Source of the DNA: a virus | Lineage: Duplodnaviria; Caudoviricetes | Virus record (IMG/VR): IMGVR_UViG_3300046000_004102 | Coordinates: 1 to 59,966 of that record | Direction: 5' to 3' (one strand) | Length of the DNA: 59,966 nucleotides | In this document: in pieces, positions 1-9,993 of the stretch | How the letters are laid out: the number at the start of each line of letters is the position of its first letter | Position numbering within the stretch: position 1 is the first letter of the stretch | The notes under the pieces: model-generated | What the model saw: the letters and a program-made list of their open reading frames with translations, nothing else | Told to the model about the DNA's origin: nothing | The model's database searches: none | Translations under genes and position numbers: made by a program

Positions 1-2905
1 TTCGTATAGCTGCAACAATTCTACGCACTAATGAAAGCTGTGGAGAGTGCTCAACAAGATAGGCTAGAGTTTCTTCAGCTCTTAAATGATCCGGTGTACC
101 CTTTGGTACAGCAGCACGGGCTCTGTCAAACTCTTTACCCTGACCGTTTAAGGCTTGGTTCTTAACATCTTCCCATAAGGTTTTGCCAAGCATCTTTTCC
201 ATACCAGCATGTACGCCTACTTCATGTAGTGCAACGCTTTCTATAGTACTAGGTGTTAGTTTATTAGCAACGTAATGCGTAACGCCTTCGGCTGTAGTCA
301 TACCCTTTACATTAGCTGGATGATTTTCACCGGGCAATGTATCTTGAGTATCATGAATAACAGCTTTGCCTGACGCTACAAGCTGTTTCATCTCAGGAGA
401 CAAAGTTCTGCTCAAACTCGCTGTAGTATGACCTGTAGTAGCTTCTGTTGGCGCTGTAGAGTATGAAGGTTCAGTTTCTGTAGTACCACCCATCTCTTTA
501 TTATATTCATCAACATAATCTGGATGGTGTTTTCTCCATAACCCTGTCTCTGCAGCTTTAAATAATTTGGACGCACTATCACCAAATCCTAATTTATCAA
601 TAACATGAAGAGCACCTTCTTCTGAGGGCTTTATTAACGAGTCATATATTGTTTTATTTAATTCTTTGGAGCCATATTTGTTATTTAATAAGTCTGATAA
701 ATTATTTTCAACTTTATTAAAATGAGCTAGTGGAACTGGGCTTCCTGATTTATCACGACCAGTAAAGGTCACATTACCTTTAGCATAATCTACCGATACT
801 TGCCCTTTATTCACAGTTTCAAGCAGTAACTTATCTCCTCTATCTTGCGCAGATATAGCTTTTATATTATGAGTTTGTGCAGGGTTATTTGAAGTTATAT
901 ATAGACCACGACCTGCCGTATCTATACTTGCTTCCCCTTTATTTGTTACGTGTTTATAGTGTTCGGCGTACGTGTCATCTCTAGGTACATATGAAACGTC
1001 TTCTGATTTACCTTTAGGTTTTAAGGCTTCAAAGTTTTGCTCAGCTTGTTCTGTATTTATTAAACCATTGGTGTGTAATATCTGAGACTTTATATACGCT
1101 TGTTTTGTATAATCTTTACCCCCTATGGTTACAGTTGAATCCAAATCTGGTAAAGAAGATATCTTTTTAAGCTCTGCTACTGTTTTAGCTTGAGCATCCA
1201 TATGCTCCTTATAAACAGCCTCAGCTTCACCATCTGTTTTAAAAGGGCTTACCCCTTTATAGGTATGAATTTTTTTAAATTCATCTTGTGACAAACCCAA
1301 CTCAGCAGCTTGCTGTTTATCAAAAGGTGTCGCAGCTTCAGGTATAGTTGCTGTAGCTTCAGGTATAGTTGCTGTAGCTTCAGGTGTAGGTACTTCTACA
1401 GCAGCTTCGGGTGTAGCTTCAGGTATAGCTTCAGGTATAGTTGCTGTAGCTTCGGGTATAGGCTCAGGTATAGTTGCTGTAGCTTCAGGTGCCATGCCTA
1501 CGGGGGATATCGGTTCTGGTGCAGGTGGTTCTACAGCAGTGTCGCTAATAGGCTCTTCGCCTGTAGCTTCAGGCATAGGTGCACCTTGTAGATAAGATGC
1601 TGTACCACCAAGTGTACCTGCAGCTCCACCAGCAACACCTGCAGAGATACCAGCCTCTTTAACTTCTGCCCAGTTTTCTGGACCAGATAATGGCTCACCT
1701 GCTTGCCATCGCTCTAACTCAGTTTGCCCCATTTCTGTCGGGGTTTCAGCGATAATACCTTTGCCTACATGCTTTGCAACTTCGCCGCCAAATGTTTTAG
1801 CAACAGCGTCAGTTGCACCTTCCTTAACTTCTCGTGTTAAGAATGAAGGTAACTTCATCCCTAATGTAAATCTATCGGCAATAGCATCTAGAGCACCTGC
1901 AGGTATTGCAGCAATCGCAGCTTTCTCAGGTTCCAACTCACCAGCTTCTTTAGCCTTCTCTATTTGGCGATCCATCATAAAGCCAAACTCTTGAACTATA
2001 GATGCTGTAATCCCAGCTGCTACGCCTAATGCTGGATTAACCATACCTGCAGCCATACCTACGCCTAACGGCGTTGCAGTAGATGGTGCAGACTCTGCAA
2101 CCTTTTGACCTATATAGTTTGGTATTTTTTTAATAGCTGCCCAAGTGCCTTCCTTTTCAGCAGTGTCTTGAATCTCTTGGAAAGTCTTAGAACCTAACTC
2201 TGGATATTGTGCTTCTCTTTCTGCTTCAGCTTTTGCAATGGCTTCTTGCTCTACTATACGTTCTTGCACAAGTTCATCCTGACCTAATGCAGACAATGCT
2301 CCGGTGATAACACCTTGACCTGCTTGCTTAACGCCACTCACACCTCTACGCCAAGCTTCGCCTAACATACTTGGTTCTTCACCTTCTGGTACTTCAGGCT
2401 CTAGAGCAGCTTGTTCTTCAGCATATCTTTTTTCAAACTCGGCAACTTCTTCAGGAGTAAACTCTTTATTATTTGCAGTTTGTTCTTCTGCATATCTTTT
2501 TTCAAATTGAGCAACTTCTTCTGGAGTAAAATCTTGACCGTCCTCATGTTTCATACGTTCTGTAACTTTACGTATATAGTTTAAGGTTTCATCATAAGGC
2601 GGTACCCCACCATGTCGATCTACAGCCCCTGCGCCCGCATTATAAGCTGCTGCAACTAAAGGTATATCACCTCTGTACTTATCCCAATATGCTGCCAGTA
2701 ATTCTTCACCGACACGGTTATATTCATCAGCACTATTGTCTCTAGCAGGTGCTACCCCATGACCTGGCTTTCTGGCAACAGCTGGCATGACTTGCATCTC
2801 ATGCCGAGCGCCCTTTCTTGATGTAAGATTTGGCCTATCACCAGACTCTACATGTCTAACAGCTCGTATTAAACTTTCAGGAACTTCACCGTATTCATTA
2901 GACAT
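1..2905 (-). CDS. Large internal virion/DNA-ejection 'polyvalent' protein (runs off the window at its 3' end) with N-terminal soluble lytic transglycosylase domain and HExxxH metallopeptidase-like motif
   Basis: Absent from the ORF track (no stop in window). ATG at 2905 overlaps the previous stop. Manual translation gives MSNEYGEVPESLIRAVRHVESG...GARHEMQVMP...AAAYNAGAGAVDRHGGVPPYDETLNY (SLT motifs). The same frame reads VALHEVGVHAG at about 200-235 and is open at position 1; the frame was spot-checked, not read in full. Confidence 0.85.
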   Translation of the reverse strand, partial: MSNEYGEVPESLIRAVRHVESGDRPNLTSRKGARHEMQVMPAVARKPGHGVAPARDNSADEYNRVGEELLAAYWDKYRGDIPLVAAAYNAGAGAVDRHGGVPPYDETLNYIRKVTERMKHEDGQDFTPEEVAQFEKRYAEEQTANNKEFTPEEVAEFEKRYAEEQAALEPEVPEGEEPSMLGEAWRRGVSGVKQAGQGVITGALSALGQDELVQERIVEQEAIAKAEAEREAQYPELGSKTFQEIQDTAEKEGTWAAIKKIPNYIGQKVAESAPSTATPLGVGMAAGMVNPALGVAAGITASIVQEFGFMMDRQIEKAKEAGELEPEKAAIAAIPAGALDAIADRFTLGMKLPSFLTREVKEGATDAVAKTFGGEVAKHVGKGIIAETPTEMGQTELERWQAGEPLSGPENWAEVKEAGISAGVAGGAAGTLGGTASYLQGAPMPEATGEEPISDTAVEPPAPEPISPVGMAPEATATIPEPIPEATATIPEAIPEATPEAAVEVPTPEATATIPEATATIPEAATPFDKQQAAELGLSQDEFKKIHTYKGVSPFKTDGEAEAVYKEHMDAQAKTVAELKKISSLPDLDSTVTIGGKDYTKQAYIKSQILHTNGLINTEQAEQNFEALKPKGKSEDVSYVPRDDTYAEHYKHVTNKGEASIDTAGRGLYITSNNPAQTHNIKAISAQDRGDKLLLETVNKGQVSVDYAKGNVTFTGRDKSGSPVPLAHFNKVENNLSDLLNNKYGSKELNKTIYDSLIKPSEEGALHVIDKLGFGDSASKLFKAAETGLWRKHHPDYVDEYNKEMGGTTETEPSYSTAPTEATTGHTTASLSRTLSPEMKQLVASGKAVIHDTQDTLPGENHPANVKGMTTAEGVTHYVANKLTPSTIESVALHEVGVHAGMEKMLGKTLWEDVKNQALNGQGKEFDRARAAVPKGTPDHLRAEETLAYLVEHSPQLSLVRRIVAAIR
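1330..1580 (-). repeat. Low-complexity coding repeat (PEATATIPEAT linker) inside the ejection protein
   Basis: Repeated gtagcttcaggtatagttgct units translate in frame as ATIPEAT. Confidence 0.85.
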
Positions 2906-5900
2906 TATATTTTTCCTGTTTCAGTTAACCAACGATCATACCTAGTCTTTGGTTTTGCACCTGACTCATCTATTAACGCATCCATCCTATCGTTAACATT
3001 TTTTAATTGGGCTTTAAGACCTGGCAATTCTTTACTTTCGGGAAGTAAATTTGCCATTTGTCGAGTAATATTGGTAGCTTGATTTTGTAAAGCCTTTATA
3101 TTATTACCCCTGTAAGTATCTGAAGTAGTGCCGTCAATACGAGAAGTAGCCCCAATGACAGCATTGGTTGTGCTTGCCCCTGCCATAATTTTTGCACGTC
3201 TTTCTGCAGCAGCTTCTTGTAATCTATTTTGAACAGCTTCATGTTGAAGTTTCATTACTTCTTTATCAAATTGTGACGCGTCATGTTTTAATGCCGCAGC
3301 TTCTTTAATCATACCAATTTTTTCAAGACGATCAGCTTGATCTAATTTGTATAAAGAATCTTGCAATCCGCGTTGTAACTTTTCTTGATCTTTTTTGTCT
3401 TCCAAATAACCCGGCATTGTAGCAATTAGAGATCGCATACCTGCGGCTAAAGGTGCACCAGGAGTTGATCCCCAATGTGAAAAGAACTCAGCCATACGCA
3501 AATATGTTTGACGTTTTTCATTAGCTTCTTTGTTTGCCAACTCATCCATAATCTCTTTACGCATAGCTGCTGCGCCTTCGTTATTACCAAGACCAGCTTG
3601 TTTATACATCTCAGCAACTTGCTTTTGATAAAAACCCATATCTTGTTCAGTTTTGGCATTGGCAACTTCCCCAGCTTTAGCAGATCCTTCAGGCTCACTA
3701 GCTAAGTTGGCTTGTAATATCTCAGACTCTTCAGGTGTACCACCAAAGGAAGGTTGGGCACTTGGTACAATACTTTGCCTTGCGCCCCCTACAGGTGGAG
3801 TTACAGCAGGTTGTTTGCGTTGAGTGTACACAGGGTTATACGCATCAGCAGAGTATGGAGATTCTTGCTTTTGCAATGGAGCTTGTGCTTGTGAATCTAT
3901 CCCTGCAGGTGCACTTGGAGTTACAGCAGTTTTGGTTACAGGTTGTTGTGTTTGGCCATCTTCTCCTAACCACCATTCTTTAACTGGCTCGGCTATATTT
4001 TCAGATGCGAAAGCTGCAATACCCTTGGCTACTTTGGCGTTTCCTTCAGCAACTTGCTCATTCATATGCGCAAGTACACCTTTCATTCCTGATTTTTTCT
4101 TTATAGCTTCATATTCTTTAAAGGTTTTAGAATCTTCAGGTTGACCTGTCATAGCATCTACCAATTCAGGCAAACTTAAAGTCCCTAAAGTTTTTAACGC
4201 AACTGGAGCTAATCCTTTTATAGCTGTCAGACCTTTACCAGTAGCTTTAGGAGAACCTTCTGCTGTAGCACTTTCAGGCCTTTCAACAGTTACCCCCTCA
4301 CCCGGAATTGTTGCCAATCCTTTTTGCGGACGTATAACCTCTTCCCCCGGAATTGTTGCAAGACCTGTGCCTCTTCTAGTTAAAATTCCTTCATTAGCAG
4401 GTGGACGAACAACATCTTCGCCGGGAATAGTTGCTAAACCTTTAGGTTTATTTTTTAAAGTATTGAGAGCTTCATTCTCACTTAAGTTTGGATTAACTGG
4501 TTTAGGTTGAATGTGCTCAGGTTCAAGAAGCTCAGTAGCTTTTGGCTTACCATACTTCCTATTCCATTCGTCAATTCTTGATGCTCTAACTTCTGGATCA
4601 CTTTCAGCAGCTAAATCTTCTAAAGTATAATTAGCAATGTCTTCATAGTATGCAGGATCTCGTAATACATTTGGAGGTGTACCACCTTTAGCAAACGCAA
4701 CTATCCCCCCTTTAGCAAACTTAGTAGCCAATACTTCTTTGGCAAGCTTACTCATTTCAGGGCTTTCGTTGCTTTGAATAATTTGTTGAAGATGTGATAC
4801 GTCTAAGTCTTCTAACTTACTGCGCATACTTTCTTCAACAGAGCCACCTTCTAAATAGCCTACAATACCTCCTTTAGCATAGCTGTTGTCCTGAATACGT
4901 CCGCCTTCAGCTTTCTTAGCAGTGTACGCTCCATATAGAGACCCTGCTGTACCTAATGCGCCACCTATTTGTTGCATCGCACTTGGTTGAGCCATGTACT
5001 GCGTTTCAGTTGTGTTATTGATAGGTGTGCCACGAAGTAAATTAGACATAAAGCCTAATTGCATATAAGGATACTGTTGAGCGTTTTGATAGTTAAGTAC
5101 AGCTTGATCAATAGCTTGCTGTTGTTGAGCTTGTTGCTGTGCACCAAACTGAGCTTGTGTACCTAGTACACTTGTTTCAGCGCCTAATTGGGCTGTGCCT
5201 AAATTACCTAGAGTTGCTGCAGTATTAGCTGCACCTGTAAACCCTTGTTGTGCACCTTGAACACCTGCTAGACCAGCTTGTGAGCCAGCCATACCTTGTT
5301 GATACCCTTGAAGAGCTGTGTTAACACCAGTAAGACCTTGACCCAAACCTTGTAGCCCAGTTTGCATAGCCTGATTACCAGCTTGCATACCTTGTAAACC
5401 TAGGTTTGCACCAAACTGTTGAGCTTGCTGAGCTTGACCAAATGCCTGATTATACCCTTGCGCAATCATTTCTTGTTGAGCTAAAGCTTGCCCTTGGTTT
5501 ATTAATCCGCCTTGTAATGCTTCACGACTTCCACCAAATGCTCCAGCTTGTGTTGCTGCACCTTGTTGTTGAGCTTGTTTAATACCATACTGTTGGTTTA
5601 ATAATTGAAGTTGCGGTGCAAGAGATTGTTGTATGTAAGGGTTCATATAAGCCCCTATTGCCGTAGGGCTAGTTGCTTGCTGAGCATATTGTGCTCCAGC
5701 TCCATACCCTTGACCTGCCATACCTGCCGCTTGCATACCTAAGTCAGCACTTTGAGCTCCATAACCAAGACCTCCCATTGCACCTACATTAGCAGCAGTT
5801 TGACCATAACCTGCACCTTGAGCACCATAACCTAACGCTTGACCTGCTGTACCTAATTGACCTATACCACTTACACCTGCCATTTGAGTAGCTGGAGCAA

Positions 5901-6189
5901 ATTGACTTGGCGTCTGTAGATTAGCCGCACCCGCTTGCGCTTGTTTTTGTAATGGGCTAAATGGAGCTACATAGTCTGCAGCATTGGTACTATAGGGAAC
6001 GTATGCTAATTGGGATAAAGGCTCTGCCCTGTTAAGCATATTCTTAACATACGGCATTAACTCCGCAGGTATGGTATTTTGGTTTACTGTCTGCGTAGTT
6101 TGACTAGGAGTAGCAGGTGCTCCACCATAAAACCTTGGGCAAATATAAGTAAAAAAGAATTTGTGAAGACTGCTTGGTTTGAATATCAT
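2905..6189 (-). CDS. Internal virion / DNA ejection (pilot-like) protein, Gln/Gly/Ala-rich
   Basis: About 1094 aa ORF. ATG at 6189 overlaps the upstream TGA (ATGA). GAFGGSR motif and QG-rich helices typical of podovirus ejection proteins; P22 gp7/gp20-like position. Confidence 0.7.
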   Translation of the reverse strand: MIFKPSSLHKFFFTYICPRFYGGAPATPSQTTQTVNQNTIPAELMPYVKNMLNRAEPLSQLAYVPYSTNAADYVAPFSPLQKQAQAGAANLQTPSQFAPATQMAGVSGIGQLGTAGQALGYGAQGAGYGQTAANVGAMGGLGYGAQSADLGMQAAGMAGQGYGAGAQYAQQATSPTAIGAYMNPYIQQSLAPQLQLLNQQYGIKQAQQQGAATQAGAFGGSREALQGGLINQGQALAQQEMIAQGYNQAFGQAQQAQQFGANLGLQGMQAGNQAMQTGLQGLGQGLTGVNTALQGYQQGMAGSQAGLAGVQGAQQGFTGAANTAATLGNLGTAQLGAETSVLGTQAQFGAQQQAQQQQAIDQAVLNYQNAQQYPYMQLGFMSNLLRGTPINNTTETQYMAQPSAMQQIGGALGTAGSLYGAYTAKKAEGGRIQDNSYAKGGIVGYLEGGSVEESMRSKLEDLDVSHLQQIIQSNESPEMSKLAKEVLATKFAKGGIVAFAKGGTPPNVLRDPAYYEDIANYTLEDLAAESDPEVRASRIDEWNRKYGKPKATELLEPEHIQPKPVNPNLSENEALNTLKNKPKGLATIPGEDVVRPPANEGILTRRGTGLATIPGEEVIRPQKGLATIPGEGVTVERPESATAEGSPKATGKGLTAIKGLAPVALKTLGTLSLPELVDAMTGQPEDSKTFKEYEAIKKKSGMKGVLAHMNEQVAEGNAKVAKGIAAFASENIAEPVKEWWLGEDGQTQQPVTKTAVTPSAPAGIDSQAQAPLQKQESPYSADAYNPVYTQRKQPAVTPPVGGARQSIVPSAQPSFGGTPEESEILQANLASEPEGSAKAGEVANAKTEQDMGFYQKQVAEMYKQAGLGNNEGAAAMRKEIMDELANKEANEKRQTYLRMAEFFSHWGSTPGAPLAAGMRSLIATMPGYLEDKKDQEKLQRGLQDSLYKLDQADRLEKIGMIKEAAALKHDASQFDKEVMKLQHEAVQNRLQEAAAERRAKIMAGASTTNAVIGATSRIDGTTSDTYRGNNIKALQNQATNITRQMANLLPESKELPGLKAQLKNVNDRMDALIDESGAKPKTRYDRWLTETGKI

Positions 6190-6608
6190 AACGCTAACTC
6201 CATAACAATATGTGCGGTGGTGTACCCTAATTTTTGTCTCCATAACCGAGCTATGGATTCTCTGGCGTAACCTTGAATTTTTGTACCACCCATTGTGCGA
6301 ACCCAGTTCACAAACTCTTGGTTGGTTTCTCTTGAAGCAATAAACTTACCACCTATAGCGGCAACAAAAGCAATTCTAGCTTTTGGTAAATTTAACCATT
6401 GTAAACTTATAGCCCCGTGGATTACACCTTCATCATCAGTAGCTACAACAAGTGTATGCTCCCCACGAATAAGGTAGTCTTTAAGATTATCTATAGAATA
6501 GTAATCAGATATAGCACTCTTCTCAAATACAGGTGTAAACCAAGGTTCAACAAAAGGCCATACTTGATGTATATAGTTAGGATCTACATGTTGTACTTTT
6601 AAACTCAT
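6186..6608 (-). CDS. GNAT-fold / P22 gp14-like virion assembly protein
   Basis: 140 aa with an acetyltransferase-like pattern (LVVA..G.IHGA, AFVAAIGG, KIQGYAR..ARLW..LGY), directly upstream of an ejection protein. Confidence 0.5.
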   Translation of the reverse strand: MSLKVQHVDPNYIHQVWPFVEPWFTPVFEKSAISDYYSIDNLKDYLIRGEHTLVVATDDEGVIHGAISLQWLNLPKARIAFVAAIGGKFIASRETNQEFVNWVRTMGGTKIQGYARESIARLWRQKLGYTTAHIVMELAL

Positions 6609-7246
6609 GCACCGACCTCATAACTATTACTTTTTTTTACGTTATCAACAGCTGGTATAATTTGCAAGTTAGAAGGTACATGTAAACCTGAGACCAACAT
6701 ACCTTGTAAAGGTACAATGTGATCTACGTGATATTTAGTATTAAAAACTTTAGATAAGTTGTTGGCAAAAGTATAAATTTGCTTAATGGTTTCTAAATCT
6801 TCTTTAGTTGTCCATTTGGGAGTGCGGTTTATTTTTGCAAGCCTACGTTTTATACACAATGCATTTGTAGACCCTCTGTTTTCTAATCTCCATTTGGCTT
6901 TACTTATTTTAACCCCCTCGTGATTTGGGTTTTTAAGTCGCCATTCAACAGCTTTTATTTTAGCTTTTTCTCTTCGTAAAGTTTTAATTTCCATAGGCTC
7001 AGATGCTCGTGTTTGTTTTGCTTTTAAAGCTATTTCCGGAAGTCGATGTTGTCGTTCTTTTCTTTTACGAGCATTATATGAAGCCCTGTTTTTTTCAACT
7101 AACAACCTTTCCATTATTCTTCTACACTCTACACATCTTCCGTCAGAAACGGTTCGTAAAGTATGGCCTCTTAAACAAGGAGTTTCTGGGGTATAAAATT
7201 TATACCCATTATTTATAGCCTCTATTCTTGCTTGACTCTTTATCAT
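6605..7246 (-). CDS. HNH homing endonuclease
   Basis: HVDHIVPLQG..VSGLHVPSNLQIIPA.DN..KSN; N-terminal PC..GH...CVEC. Confidence 0.85.
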   Translation of the reverse strand: MIKSQARIEAINNGYKFYTPETPCLRGHTLRTVSDGRCVECRRIMERLLVEKNRASYNARKRKERQHRLPEIALKAKQTRASEPMEIKTLRREKAKIKAVEWRLKNPNHEGVKISKAKWRLENRGSTNALCIKRRLAKINRTPKWTTKEDLETIKQIYTFANNLSKVFNTKYHVDHIVPLQGMLVSGLHVPSNLQIIPAVDNVKKSNSYEVGA

Positions 7247-8616
7247 CCCAACAACTCTTTTCTTGCTTTTGAGTCTACAGCAACTTTGCCTTTTCCAATA
7301 GATTTTTTACGTCTAGATTGAATACGGTCTACCATTGCTTGAAGAGCTTTCGCACCTGCTTCAGTAGAACCATTACCTAACTCAGACACAATTCTACTAC
7401 TAATAACAAACTCACCATCAGCAAGTCTAGCGGGTTGTTTACCACTATCACCTATTTGAGCGGGGATTGAATCACTAACACCATCCCCTGGACCTCTAGT
7501 TAAACCAGCAATACCACCATGAGAGTACCCGCCTAAATTATCCCTCATCATACCCCCAGCAGCTGCCATTTGAGTAGGTTGAGGTTGTACAGGTTGTTGT
7601 ACGGGTTGTATAGGTTGCGCCATTGCAGGTTGTGCGCCCATTATTCCCTGCGGAGCAGGTGTTTGTTGAGGTTGTACAGGCTGTTGAGCTTGTGGTTGTG
7701 CTTGTTGAATTTGTTGCATAGCTCTAGCTACAATTGGATTCATTTGGCCTTGTTGCGATGAGTCAGTTACAGATCCACCGAAAGCATAATAATATTGTGG
7801 CACGGTAGTCCTTGGAATATCTTGTTGTATATAAGGTATAGGGTCGTAGATACTAGCAGTAGCAGGTGCTTGAGATTGTTGTTTGCTAGAAGTACCTCCC
7901 ATCATATTCATCGCTGCACCCCCCAACTGCATTGCTATGGCTGGATTGTCCTTAATCAGTTTAACACCTTTGTCCATAATACCAGTTGAAGGGGGTATAA
8001 TTCCAGACATATCTGATGCTGGTAAATTTGAAAACTGAGACCCGCTAGTTGGTATATTATTAATAGCCGCCCCGCTTGATTGTGGGATGTTAGCTCCTTC
8101 AATTAACGGACTAGATTGAGATGCCGCTTGTGCTTGCAAAGGAGTTTTTCCAATACCATTTATTTCTTGAGCACCTGATGAGCTTATACTTTCCGGCATC
8201 ATGGAACCAGCAGCAGCTCCTGTCACCCCACCTATAAGAGCTCCTTTTAAAGGGTCTTCTCCACCAGCAGCAGATCCTGCCGCTCCCCCTGCCGCACCAC
8301 CAATAGCTCCAGAAGCCGTAGCCCCTGCTCCTGCTGCACTAGCAACTCCACCAACAGCGCCTCCAGCAAGACCTGTGACACCTCCCATTAGAGCACCTTT
8401 ACCAACATCCCCACCTGTTAGTGCAGAGGTACCTGCGCCCAATGCTGCACCCGCTAGACCTCCACCGATAGCTGTTCCAGCAATAGAACCAACTGTTCCA
8501 GCTACGCCAGCTGCCCCTGCTGATAAGCCTCCAACCCCAAGTGCTGTAGCAGCTGCCCCAGCTACTGAAGTTGCGATTGTAGAACCTATCGCAGCGGCTG
8601 ATGCAAAAAATGTCAT
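7243..8616 (-). CDS. Gly/Ala-rich internal virion protein
   Basis: Hydrophobic Gly/Ala-rich N-terminus; C-terminal GPGDGVSDSIPA...ARLADGEFVI motif seen in phage virion proteins. Confidence 0.6.
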   Translation of the reverse strand: MTFFASAAAIGSTIATSVAGAAATALGVGGLSAGAAGVAGTVGSIAGTAIGGGLAGAALGAGTSALTGGDVGKGALMGGVTGLAGGAVGGVASAAGAGATASGAIGGAAGGAAGSAAGGEDPLKGALIGGVTGAAAGSMMPESISSSGAQEINGIGKTPLQAQAASQSSPLIEGANIPQSSGAAINNIPTSGSQFSNLPASDMSGIIPPSTGIMDKGVKLIKDNPAIAMQLGGAAMNMMGGTSSKQQSQAPATASIYDPIPYIQQDIPRTTVPQYYYAFGGSVTDSSQQGQMNPIVARAMQQIQQAQPQAQQPVQPQQTPAPQGIMGAQPAMAQPIQPVQQPVQPQPTQMAAAGGMMRDNLGGYSHGGIAGLTRGPGDGVSDSIPAQIGDSGKQPARLADGEFVISSRIVSELGNGSTEAGAKALQAMVDRIQSRRKKSIGKGKVAVDSKARKELLG

Positions 8617-9035
8617 GGTAAATCTCCTAACAGCAGTTGCTGTTGATATTCTTCAAAGGTAGCAGAGACGAGTTCTTTTTCAATGGCTTCAATCTCTATG
8701 TTATCTGTTCTATGTACGGTGATAAAAATTACATCTGTTTCTGCATACCCTAAGCGTTTAACACCCGGTTTGTCTACCATGATGTGGCCTTCAGAAATAA
8801 TGTAAGATTCAGTTCCGTTAGTGATTCTTATTCTGCCTTTAGCTAAAATAGCAATGCTTTCAAAATTGTGTATCTTCCCTGTCAATATAGTCCCTGCAGG
8901 TATAAACATACTCCTTGCATAAACACCATCTATTTGATAATGCTCTATGGGTAACTCTACTTGCGGCATTTGCAGTAGTTCTTGTTCAATGCGCAGTATT
9001 TCAGGCATCGTTCCAAGTTCAGCTAAGTTACTCAT
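8613..9035 (-). CDS. Cupin-fold phage protein
   Basis: H...GVYARSMFIPAGTILTGKIH...KPGVKR.GYA.TD..FITVH pattern. Confidence 0.55.
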   Translation of the reverse strand: MSNLAELGTMPEILRIEQELLQMPQVELPIEHYQIDGVYARSMFIPAGTILTGKIHNFESIAILAKGRIRITNGTESYIISEGHIMVDKPGVKRLGYAETDVIFITVHRTDNIEIEAIEKELVSATFEEYQQQLLLGDLP

Positions 9036-9089
9036 TATAACCCTTATGTATTGTTTCTAGTTACTCATTATAACGCTTATGTATTGTTT
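9026..9089. repeat. Tandem 31-bp direct repeat (period 33) duplicating the start region of the cupin gene
   Basis: agttactcattataac(c/g)cttatgtattgttt at 9026-9056 and 9059-9089. Confidence 0.85.
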
Positions 9090-9104
9090 TTACAGAGTTT
9101 ATCA

Positions 9105-9965
9105 TTAATAAAGTGCAGATACGAATGTTGATGTTAAAATAATTGAAGGCGATGCAGGGTGAGCTGGAGATACACCCGGAGGATATGTTGCAGCAACAGT
9201 ATTACCTGAATCAGAGCTCATCATTAACTGCACATAATCTCCTGCGTTTATAGGTATAACAAGGTTCCATGAAACAATCGCAGCGCCAGCAACACCTGCA
9301 TGAATAGTTGGTATACTAATGATCCCAGCACTATTAGGTATGTCCACACCGTTTTGTTTAAACCACATTGTTACATTATCAATCGTATTAGAAAAAGATA
9401 TCAACTGAGCACTAAACTGTATGTTGTAATACCCCGGAAATTCGTAAACTACTTTTGTATTATCTAGAGGGTCTATGGTAACTTGATTACTAACATCGAT
9501 AGATGTCATGGCCACCGTCAATGGAGTTGTCGGCGAGGGTACTGGTTGTGCCTCTGATACATATGCACCAGCCGTATGGGACGTGTTAGTCGAACCATAT
9601 ACGCCACGAGTAATACCTGTAAATGTTGTTGGTGTTTTTCCTGTATAACCAACTAACTCAGTTCCAATTATTAACGCCCCTGCTGATAAAAACAACGCAG
9701 TGCTTGTTACTTGAATATCAGCTGTAGAGACATTGCTCATGTTTGCAGTTAGCGTGGTAACACCGTTCTGATGAAAGGCCCCATTAGGGAACCTTAGGTA
9801 TGCTCCGCCTACATTGCCGCTTAGAGAAGCAAGTGCATTGTCTATCTGATTAAAATAAAGCCGCAAGATATTGTTCAACATATCCGCATACTGCTTACTA
9901 TACTCAGGTGGAGCAATAGATAAGTTAGGGGCTTTAGATGTAACTAGAGGAGCTATAACTGTCAT
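9105..9965 (-). CDS. Tail needle/spike-like structural protein
   Basis: N-terminal helical segment (LRLYFNQIDN) plus beta-rich C1q-like C-terminus (GYYNIQFSAQ); follows the gp10-like gene as P22 gp26 does. Confidence 0.5.
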   Translation of the reverse strand: MTVIAPLVTSKAPNLSIAPPEYSKQYADMLNNILRLYFNQIDNALASLSGNVGGAYLRFPNGAFHQNGVTTLTANMSNVSTADIQVTSTALFLSAGALIIGTELVGYTGKTPTTFTGITRGVYGSTNTSHTAGAYVSEAQPVPSPTTPLTVAMTSIDVSNQVTIDPLDNTKVVYEFPGYYNIQFSAQLISFSNTIDNVTMWFKQNGVDIPNSAGIISIPTIHAGVAGAAIVSWNLVIPINAGDYVQLMMSSDSGNTVAATYPPGVSPAHPASPSIILTSTFVSALY

Positions 9966-9993
9966 AAAAGGCCTTTAAAATCAATAACTTAAC

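Noticed and set aside
880-980. ADP-ribosyltransferase-like motif (H...GRGLYIT) in the ejection protein
   Set aside because: The resemblance is too short to support without a profile search.
1310-1994. Plus-strand ORFs 1310-1591 and 1761-1994
   Set aside because: They are antisense shadows of the long minus-strand ejection gene; the SFRYSCC repeat mirrors the PEAT linker.
8201-8662. Pro/Ala-rich plus-strand ORF
   Set aside because: It is the antisense shadow of the Gly/Ala-rich 7243-8616 gene.
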